A DNA stretch of 64,000 nucleotides. Source: Verrucomicrobiota bacterium (lineage in GTDB: Bacteria; Verrucomicrobiota; Verrucomicrobiia; Limisphaerales; Pedosphaeraceae). The position numbers were made by a program, and so were the translations under genes. Shown here in pieces: positions 16,864 through 23,835 of this stretch; the first letter of the stretch is position 1; the number at the start of each line of letters is the position of its first letter. Below the pieces are notes generated by a model. That model was not told the DNA's origin and made no database searches. It was given only the letters and a program-made list of their open reading frames with translations. Where the stretch lies: contig JAJPHR010000074.1 of assembly GCA_021325145.1 (NCBI GenBank), positions 1,873-65,872 on the forward strand, read 5' to 3'.

Positions 16864-18321
16864 TTATTTCGCGGCGGGTTTTGATGGTTGGCCGGCGATT
16901 TTCCATTGGCCTTCAATCTGTTTGAGCATGAAATTCTGAACCGGTCCGTCTCCGCCCGCGCCATCACTTTGAAGCCGCACCAGGGTTTCATCCCCGGAAA
17001 CGGGAATGGTTTCGAGAATGCGAAAACCGGTCATGTCGCCGGTCTCGTCCGCACCCAACCCGGCAAAGGCATTGGGTCCCCGACTGGCGGCATCCTTTTC
17101 GATTTTATCCCGGAGTTCGGGCGTGAGGCCGTTCAGGTAGGCCTGAAAGGCCTGATCATCGCCTTGCCTGAGCGCCCAAAGCAGCGATTGGACCGTGGCT
17201 TCTGGTGAGGCGTACCCGGCAAATGCCCACGATTCCTTCGGCACGGACTGCGGCTCGTCGGGTTGAGTTGGTGTTGGCTGGCGATTGGGTGGCACAATTT
17301 GGCGGGCCGCTTGTGCCGTCCGAAGCTGGCGGTTTTCTTCGCGCAGCTTCGCAACGTTATTCGTCTCCTGACGGAGCCTGCCTACTTCGGCTCGCAGCCG
17401 GAGCAATTGGGCTTTTTCGTCCTCGGCAAGAGTTTGCGCGCTCTGCGCCTGGGCGAGGAGGTTCGACAGCCGCTCGTTCTCCATCTTCAAGCGTGCCAGT
17501 TCATCGACTTGCTCTTGCAAGGCACGGACTTGGTTCTGCAATTTGGCTTGGGCTTGATGTTGGATCACCAGCGGCGTCGCTGTGGCTACCACGATCGCGC
17601 CGATGATTCCCGCCTGTAATTTGGTCATACTCATGAGTTTGATCAGGGTGAATGCGGTTCCGGCGCCCGTCGCCGCGTTGGCGAGGGCGGCAGTGGAAAT
17701 GGTGAGCACAAATTCCGCGGGCGCGGCGGTGACGGCTGCGCCAGCCAGGGCGGCGCCCAGGGCGGCAGCAGGGAGGACGACGCCGCGACGTTGCAAAAGC
17801 GAATGCAATTTTTCCAACGCGCGGTTTATGCGCATCCGAGCCGCGTCTTCGTTGCTGCCGAGCGCTTCGCCGACCGAGCGGAAGTTGCGCTGCTCAAAGA
17901 ATCGCAGCAGAATGGCGGCGCGATCCTGGTTCCCGAGGCGGTTGATGGCGTCATCGAGAATGGGCGCGAGCTTTTCCCAACGGTCTTCGGAATCGTCCTT
18001 GAGTGAATTCATGAGAACTGCCTCGCGTTCACGCGCGCGACGCCGGCGTTCGGCACGCATGGTTTTGCTCGCCACGTAACAGGTATCCCGGTGCAGCCAG
18101 CCACCGAGCATCAGGCCGTCGGAAAGTTTGCCGGCCCTTCGTGCCAGGCGCACAAAAACTGTCTGCGTCACATCCTGCGCCAGGTAGACGTCGCCCTTTA
18201 CCAACCGGAGCGCGGTGGAGTAGACCAAATTGACATAGCGCGCTACCAGGTCGCGGAAGGCCGGTTCCGAGCCGTTCGCCACGTAATCGGCGAGCAATTT
18301 CGAACTCTCTGTCATCTGCAC
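16864..18321 (-). CDS. ECF-type sigma-70 family sigma factor (regions 2 and 4) fused to a C-terminal extension of two TM helices, a Q/A/L/R-rich coiled coil and a roughly 130-aa globular domain, 485 aa.
   Basis: Sigma region 2 (FRDLVARYVNLVYSTALRLVKGDVYLAQDVTQTVFVRL) and region 4 (AAILLRFFEQRNFRSVGEALGSNEDAARMRINRALEKL). These are followed by hydrophobic stretches VVLPAAALGAALAGAAVTAAPA and LQAGIIGAIVVATATPLVI, then a coiled coil. Confidence 0.75.
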   Translation of the reverse strand: MQMTESSKLLADYVANGSEPAFRDLVARYVNLVYSTALRLVKGDVYLAQDVTQTVFVRLARRAGKLSDGLMLGGWLHRDTCYVASKTMRAERRRRAREREAVLMNSLKDDSEDRWEKLAPILDDAINRLGNQDRAAILLRFFEQRNFRSVGEALGSNEDAARMRINRALEKLHSLLQRRGVVLPAAALGAALAGAAVTAAPAEFVLTISTAALANAATGAGTAFTLIKLMSMTKLQAGIIGAIVVATATPLVIQHQAQAKLQNQVRALQEQVDELARLKMENERLSNLLAQAQSAQTLAEDEKAQLLRLRAEVGRLRQETNNVAKLREENRQLRTAQAARQIVPPNRQPTPTQPDEPQSVPKESWAFAGYASPEATVQSLLWALRQGDDQAFQAYLNGLTPELRDKIEKDAASRGPNAFAGLGADETGDMTGFRILETIPVSGDETLVRLQSDGAGGDGPVQNFMLKQIEGQWKIAGQPSKPAAK

Positions 18322-18421
18322 TCACCAGTAAAACCCCGCTGAAGGCCAAAACCGAACATAAATATTTCGAGGCTTATTGGCACGTTACGACCGCAACCTC
18401 AGCGGACCAGCAGGAGAAGTT

Positions 18422-21121
18422 TTAATGCCGGCGGAGGATGAGGCGGTGGTCGATGCGTTTGGTTTGGTGGTACTCCAGGGGCGGAAGGTCGGTGAGGGTG
18501 GGGGAGTCGGTTTCGTTCAGGATGGATTTGGCAAGGGCCTGGAGAGCGTGCCAGCGGGGCCATTCGAGGTCGGGGGCGTGGGCAATTTGGCGCAGCAGGC
18601 TGCGCCATTCGATGATGATGCGGTCGATGTCGCCGGGGCCGACGAGGTCGGTAATCCAAGCGTGTTTGCTGAGCGGGTTCTTGTGGACGGCGGAAACGAC
18701 TTGTTCGGCGCCGGAACCGTATTTGGGCGGGACGCCGTTTTCGAGGTAGCCGGAAATGGATTGCTGGCCGAAGAGTTGGTGGCAGGCAATGGCGAGACGG
18801 CCAGCCCAACGGTTTTCTTCGCCGCAGAAACGGAATCCGGCATCGAGATTGGCGAGGTCGTAGATCAATTCGTCGAGCGGGTAGGCGGTGTCTTCGAGCG
18901 CGGCGGCGATGGCGAGTCCGTCGCCCTGGGAGAAAAAGCTGACGACTTGGCCGCGCTGGGTGGGCGCGCCGCCAGCATCGACGAGGCCGAGCCGCCGCCA
19001 GAGCAGGGCGGTGCCGGTGGAAGCCGACAGTTGTCGGCACGTGGAAACCAGGTCGCAACGGGCGCAGTCAGCGTGGAGGACTTCGCGTTCGGGCGGTTTC
19101 CAGAGAGCGATGCCATGGGCATCGACGGGGACGCGCAGGGTGAGGTCCGCAATGCTAACCTGAGCTATAATGCGATGGGCTTGATCCACGAAGCGGACGA
19201 CGGGAGTCCTTTGGTGCGCGAGTTTGGCTTCGACGAGCGGGGCGATTTTTTCGTGCCAAACGCTGAGCGGAGCCTGGCGTCCGTTCCAGTTGGTGAGGCG
19301 GCGGACCCATTTGGCGATGATGACGCGATCGTGACCGAGGCGGTCGGCGACGGTGAGAGAGCGGCCGTAGAGTTTGGGGGACTGCGGAGTGGGGAATGGG
19401 GTGTCCGGTGCTTCGGTCGTTGCTTCGGCCGTGGTAACGTCGTCTGAGGCTGGGTTGAGTTCGAGAAGGACCGAGGACGAGGGAACTCGATTAATGACGC
19501 AGAGAGTGCCGGTGCCGACCTTTTCGAGGGCGGCGGGTTCGGAAAGGATGGGTCGAAGTTCGGGGGCGGTGATGTCGAGTGAATCGTCAGTGCCGCCGAT
19601 AGGCTGCAATTCACGTGGGAACGAGGCCGTCACCACCCCGATCCGTTCTGGCGCGGCGCCGGTATTCGTTTCGCGGGCGGTGGACTCAACGACTGTAGGC
19701 ATCGTGTAGATTTCGCGGACGGGTTTTTCGATCGGGGCGGGGATGCGCTGCCATTGGCCGCGGCTGTTGAGCATTTCGCGGACGTGCTGGCGGACATGGC
19801 GGGCCCGTTCGGCATCGGTCTTAAGGCCGCAGGGGACATCGGGGTGTTTCAAGGATTCTTCGACACCGAGGAAAATCGGCTTGGTGGTGAAGAGGCGTTC
19901 CTGGACGCGGACGGCTTCGCTGAAAGGATCGCGCTGATGTTGAGCGGCGGAGGTCATGAGACCGAGCAGCGCGCTCCAATCGACCGCCCCGCTGCGGGCG
20001 AGGTGGCAGGGATGCGCGTCGAGCAGGCGGACTTCGTTCGCGCTGATGAGGACGAAACCGGTTTCATCGAGCCCGCGGCGCCCGGCGCGGCCGAACATTT
20101 GAAGGATTTCGTCGGCGCGCAAAGGTTGTTCCAATTGATCACGGCGGTACGAAGCGGCGGCGAGAGCCACGCTACGCAAAGAAAAATTGATGCCGGCGGC
20201 GAGGCCCATCGTGGCGACGACAACGCGCAATTGGCCGGCCTTGGCAAGCGGTTCGATGACGCCAGCGCGCGCGCCGTAGCTGAGGCCGCTGTGATGATAC
20301 GCGACGCGGCTCTTGAGCAGTTTGGCCAGGTGATCACCGACGAGGAGTTTTTGGTCCGCGCTGAGTTGGAGCGGGTTGGGTGTGGGCAGAGTGCGCGCGA
20401 GTTCCGCGGCCATGAGTTCGGCCGACTGGCGGCGGGGCGCGAAGATCAGGATGGGGCCGAGGTCCTCGGCGAGAGCCTTGGCCGCGAAGCGCGGCCAATA
20501 GCCGCGAATCTCGCTGGGCAGATGAAAGCTGAGATTGTTCGCATGGACTTCCTCCAACGGAACCGGGCGATGATCGTGGCGGACCAACACCGCTTCGCGC
20601 CCGAGTCGATGCAGCCACTTGACGACATCCTGGGGATTGCCAACGCTGCCGCTGAGCAGGAGGAATTGCGTTTGCGGCGGGGCGAGCGCGAGCGCGAGTT
20701 CGTAGTTCAAGCCGCGGTCGGCGTCACCGATCATTTGGTATTCATCGACAACGAGGAGCGCGGGGCCGTCGCCCTGGATGAGGCGGTGCTTTTGCGTTTC
20801 GAGCGTGGCGACGAGGATGGGAGCGTTGAGATTTTCGGCGAGGTCGCCGGTGGCGATGCCGACATCCCAGCCGCGCGCGCGCCATTCGGCGAGCTTGTCA
20901 TTGGCCAGGGCGCGGGTGGGGACGGTGTAGATGGCCTGGCCACGGTTTTTGCCGGCGTTGGACCAAAGCTCGAAGATCAACGTCTTGCCTGCCCCCGTGG
21001 GCGCCTGGACCACGACATCCTTGCCCGCACGGAGGGCGGTAACCGCTTGCTGCTGCCAGAGGTCCGGGACGGTGACCTGGTTCAGCGCGGGAAGATCGGC
21101 GAAATGTTCGGCAAACGACAC
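18422..21121 (-). CDS. Superfamily-2 DEAD/DEAH-box helicase (Ski2/Lhr-like core) with a roughly 450-aa C-terminal extension of unknown function, 899 aa.
   Basis: Motif I AQAPTGAGKT, motif II VVDEYQ (DEYQ variant of DEAH), SGS/SAT-like LSGSVGN, and motif VI QMFGRAGRRG. The C-terminal half is unrecognised. + strand ORFs 18377..19447 and 19754..21211 are antisense artefacts. Confidence 0.8.
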   Translation of the reverse strand: MSFAEHFADLPALNQVTVPDLWQQQAVTALRAGKDVVVQAPTGAGKTLIFELWSNAGKNRGQAIYTVPTRALANDKLAEWRARGWDVGIATGDLAENLNAPILVATLETQKHRLIQGDGPALLVVDEYQMIGDADRGLNYELALALAPPQTQFLLLSGSVGNPQDVVKWLHRLGREAVLVRHDHRPVPLEEVHANNLSFHLPSEIRGYWPRFAAKALAEDLGPILIFAPRRQSAELMAAELARTLPTPNPLQLSADQKLLVGDHLAKLLKSRVAYHHSGLSYGARAGVIEPLAKAGQLRVVVATMGLAAGINFSLRSVALAAASYRRDQLEQPLRADEILQMFGRAGRRGLDETGFVLISANEVRLLDAHPCHLARSGAVDWSALLGLMTSAAQHQRDPFSEAVRVQERLFTTKPIFLGVEESLKHPDVPCGLKTDAERARHVRQHVREMLNSRGQWQRIPAPIEKPVREIYTMPTVVESTARETNTGAAPERIGVVTASFPRELQPIGGTDDSLDITAPELRPILSEPAALEKVGTGTLCVINRVPSSSVLLELNPASDDVTTAEATTEAPDTPFPTPQSPKLYGRSLTVADRLGHDRVIIAKWVRRLTNWNGRQAPLSVWHEKIAPLVEAKLAHQRTPVVRFVDQAHRIIAQVSIADLTLRVPVDAHGIALWKPPEREVLHADCARCDLVSTCRQLSASTGTALLWRRLGLVDAGGAPTQRGQVVSFFSQGDGLAIAAALEDTAYPLDELIYDLANLDAGFRFCGEENRWAGRLAIACHQLFGQQSISGYLENGVPPKYGSGAEQVVSAVHKNPLSKHAWITDLVGPGDIDRIIIEWRSLLRQIAHAPDLEWPRWHALQALAKSILNETDSPTLTDLPPLEYHQTKRIDHRLILRRH

Positions 21122-21375
21122 ATGCTCAACATAGAGCGGAGCGGACGATTCGGGAATGAGGAAAATGCCGGGACAGCGTTGGCATTTTTGAGACTTATTG
21201 GGAGGACATAGACGAGCACGGAAGAGCGGCCGACAATATTTCGCCAGGCTGGAGGGGGGATGAGATTAAGGCAGCGAGAGAGATTTACAGCGGAGCGTTT
21301 TTTGCAATTTGGGTTGCGAGCGTTTTGATTCCATTCAGATTTATTCTGAGACGACTCAACTAGCCTGACAGCCGG

Positions 21376-21900
21376 TCATTGTTTTAAGCGAAAAAACAGT
21401 TTTCCCGTGGGCGGGGAATTGGTAATGCGATTGTTAACAACAGGCCCGTAATTGCCCCAATTGCCGGTGGCCAGGTCATTGTTGGTCTGCAACGTCCAGC
21501 CGGTGGCTGACAGGGGCCACGAAACGATGACTTTATTGCCGACGGAGGTAATCGTCAGCAATGGTGCGCCGGGCGTTTGCACCACACTGAACAGGCTCCA
21601 GAACCCGCCGGTGACCGAATAATTCCCGCCGGTCATCGCGCCGCTCGCATCGGGTTGGCCGATGGTGCCGTTTAGGGAAAATTGGCCGTTGGTGCTGCTG
21701 CCGCCGCCGCCGGCGATTTTATACCAGTCGATGGAGTAGGACTGAGCGGAGGTGCTGAGGGCTGCGGCGACGCCTAGCGCAATGGCGAGCCAAAGCGCGG
21801 AGAGCTCACCACGTCGGCGCGGAAGGATGCCGCTTGCTCCATCAGGGCGGCTGAAAGGGCTTTCGGTTTTCATAAAGAGCAACACGTTCGGAGAGTTCAT
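21376..21900 (-). CDS. Small secreted protein (about 174 aa) with a signal-peptide-like LSALWLAIALGVAAALSTSAQS and a Gly/Ser/Thr-rich beta-rich body. It is translationally coupled to the S53 peptidase gene.
   Basis: Its ATG (21898-21900) overlaps the peptidase stop (21897-21899), a 4-nt ATGA-type overlap. No family recognised. Confidence 0.5.
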   Translation of the reverse strand: MNSPNVLLFMKTESPFSRPDGASGILPRRRGELSALWLAIALGVAAALSTSAQSYSIDWYKIAGGGGSSTNGQFSLNGTIGQPDASGAMTGGNYSVTGGFWSLFSVVQTPGAPLLTITSVGNKVIVSWPLSATGWTLQTNNDLATGNWGNYGPVVNNRITNSPPTGKLFFRLKQ

Positions 21901-23816
21901 GGTTGGATTCTGGCGGGGCCGTTGAACGCGCGAATGCTAACCGACTGCGCGATGCGACTGGAGTGGCCCGTTCCAGTCAGGAACAGTGTCCCGCCGTTGG
22001 GGCCGCCCACAAAGCTCAGTCCGTTCGCGATGCTGGTGGCGGGACCCACGCCACTGGTGCAGTCAGGAAGATTCAACGCCGGGCACGGACTTGACACATT
22101 CACCCAAACGTCGCCAAGCAGGCCGACCGGTGAGTCGAGGCCGATCAGGGCGTTGACGGTGTGCATGCCCACAGGAGTGCCCCAACCGGTGGCAAGGTCG
22201 TAACCGCTCACGGCCACAAAGTTGGTGGGGTGGTTGAGCGACTCGTTGTTGCCCGTGGTGATGTCATGGAAGCTACCGGCGTAGGTTGAACCCTGGCAGA
22301 GGGCATATACGGCGGGGTTGATGAACCCAGGCGGGGGTTTCCCAAGTCGCGCGGCTTCCTGGTTCACATTGGCCATGAAGCCCGCCCACAAAGGCGCGGC
22401 GCAACTGGTGCCGCCAACGCCACCGGAACCGCCGTTCATATCATAGATGAATATGTTGTCGGCCGCCAGCGACACGTCCGGCACATTCCGATACCTGGTG
22501 GAGGCTAGATTGGCGGCGTTGCTGATTCCCGCCTGGTAACTGGGCGTGGGCATGTCGGTCCCGTAACCGCCGCTGCTGCCGTCACCTGTGGTGGTCGGGG
22601 TGGCAGAGTTCCAGACCTTTTCGGAGAAATAGACCCCCCCGTTCGTCGTCGTCAAGGTGGTGCCGCCCACCTGGATGATATTGGGACTGTCGGTCGGGAA
22701 TCCCGGCCAACTGCTATCAGTCGAACTGAGAAAGGAGTCCGAATCGCCGGACGCGTCGAAGAAGGTTTGGCCTTGCATGCCCATCTGAATGAACAGGTTC
22801 TCGGCCGTCGGATTTGGGCCTGGGCCACCGTAGGAACAACTGAACTGTTTACAGGCAACGTTTGAGACCATGCTGGAAAGAATCGCATCCCAATTGGCGA
22901 TTGAATCAGCCGTGGCCTCGTAAACATAGATGGTGGCACTCGGTGCCATGGCCATCACCATCTCAATGTCCAGGCTGACTTCGGTGCCGCCGTCAGGATT
23001 GGTAATGCCTCCATTGATGGGCACGGTAATGATGAGCGGAACAGAGATGCCCGCCGCATTCGCGTAATTCGTCATGTCCTTGGCAATAAAGCCCTGAAAT
23101 TGCACCAGTCCGACGCTTTGGCCCGCCCCGGTGAGGCTGGTCACTCCGGGAAGATAAGCCTTGCGGAAATCGTTGCCGAGAAAAGTTCCGCTTGGGCCGG
23201 AACCGCCCCTGGCGTTGTCGTCCCGCGCGGTCGAGGGATCGATTGGTTTCACTCGCGGGCGCGTCAAGCGGAAGTTTTCCAGACCGCTGATGTGCAGGAC
23301 GGGCACCGCCAAATCGAGCGATGGCTCCCGATCCGGCGCGTAGAACGTGCGGGCTTCGGTGGGATGGTCATAGACCTTCATTGAGATATTCAAGGCTTTC
23401 TCGACGCTCGCCACGGGGCCTTCCAGTTCCAGCACCACGCGATTGGGATGGGTAGCCGTCACGGTTAATCCGTTGGCCTTCATGTAATCCTGAACCGCCT
23501 GGTAGTCATCCTCAGATGGTCCAAACCGCTCGGTGAACTGTTCGTACGTGAGATACCGATGGAACTCCGGGCTGGTTGGATCGTAGATCGCAGCAAACAA
23601 ATTGGATAGCCCAGCCTGATCGCGGAGCGGCAGGCCGATTGCCAGATGCAAATGCTCCGACCGCGCCATGACCCCCTTGGGTTGCAAACGCGTTACGGCG
23701 GGCGGCAAGTGATTTTCCAGTTGTTGCAACGCCGCCGCGCGCTGCGTCGCCGCAACGAGGCTGGCGGCCACAGCTACCGCCAGGCACGCGGTGGAGAAAT
23801 GAATATGAGTTTGCAT
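21897..23816 (-). CDS. Sedolisin-family (S53, kumamolisin-like) serine-carboxyl peptidase with N-terminal pro-domain, 639 aa.
   Basis: Signal peptide. An S53 activation-domain-like region (RYLTYEQFTERFGPSEDDYQAVQDYMKANGLTV). Catalytic region with GTSCAAPLWAG (sedolisin G-T-S-x-A-x-P Ser motif). Asp/Glu-containing upstream segments. Confidence 0.75.
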   Translation of the reverse strand: MQTHIHFSTACLAVAVAASLVAATQRAAALQQLENHLPPAVTRLQPKGVMARSEHLHLAIGLPLRDQAGLSNLFAAIYDPTSPEFHRYLTYEQFTERFGPSEDDYQAVQDYMKANGLTVTATHPNRVVLELEGPVASVEKALNISMKVYDHPTEARTFYAPDREPSLDLAVPVLHISGLENFRLTRPRVKPIDPSTARDDNARGGSGPSGTFLGNDFRKAYLPGVTSLTGAGQSVGLVQFQGFIAKDMTNYANAAGISVPLIITVPINGGITNPDGGTEVSLDIEMVMAMAPSATIYVYEATADSIANWDAILSSMVSNVACKQFSCSYGGPGPNPTAENLFIQMGMQGQTFFDASGDSDSFLSSTDSSWPGFPTDSPNIIQVGGTTLTTTNGGVYFSEKVWNSATPTTTGDGSSGGYGTDMPTPSYQAGISNAANLASTRYRNVPDVSLAADNIFIYDMNGGSGGVGGTSCAAPLWAGFMANVNQEAARLGKPPPGFINPAVYALCQGSTYAGSFHDITTGNNESLNHPTNFVAVSGYDLATGWGTPVGMHTVNALIGLDSPVGLLGDVWVNVSSPCPALNLPDCTSGVGPATSIANGLSFVGGPNGGTLFLTGTGHSSRIAQSVSIRAFNGPARIQP

Positions 23817-23835
23817 GGCGCGGTTCAGATGTTGG

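Noticed and set aside
18377-21211. Two long + strand ORFs (18377..19447, 356 aa; 19754..21211, 485 aa) rich in Gly/Ala/Asp/Glu/Val
   Set aside because: They lie fully antisense to the 899-aa helicase, which has clear catalytic motifs. They have low-complexity GC-driven composition and no motifs, a typical high-GC antisense artefact.
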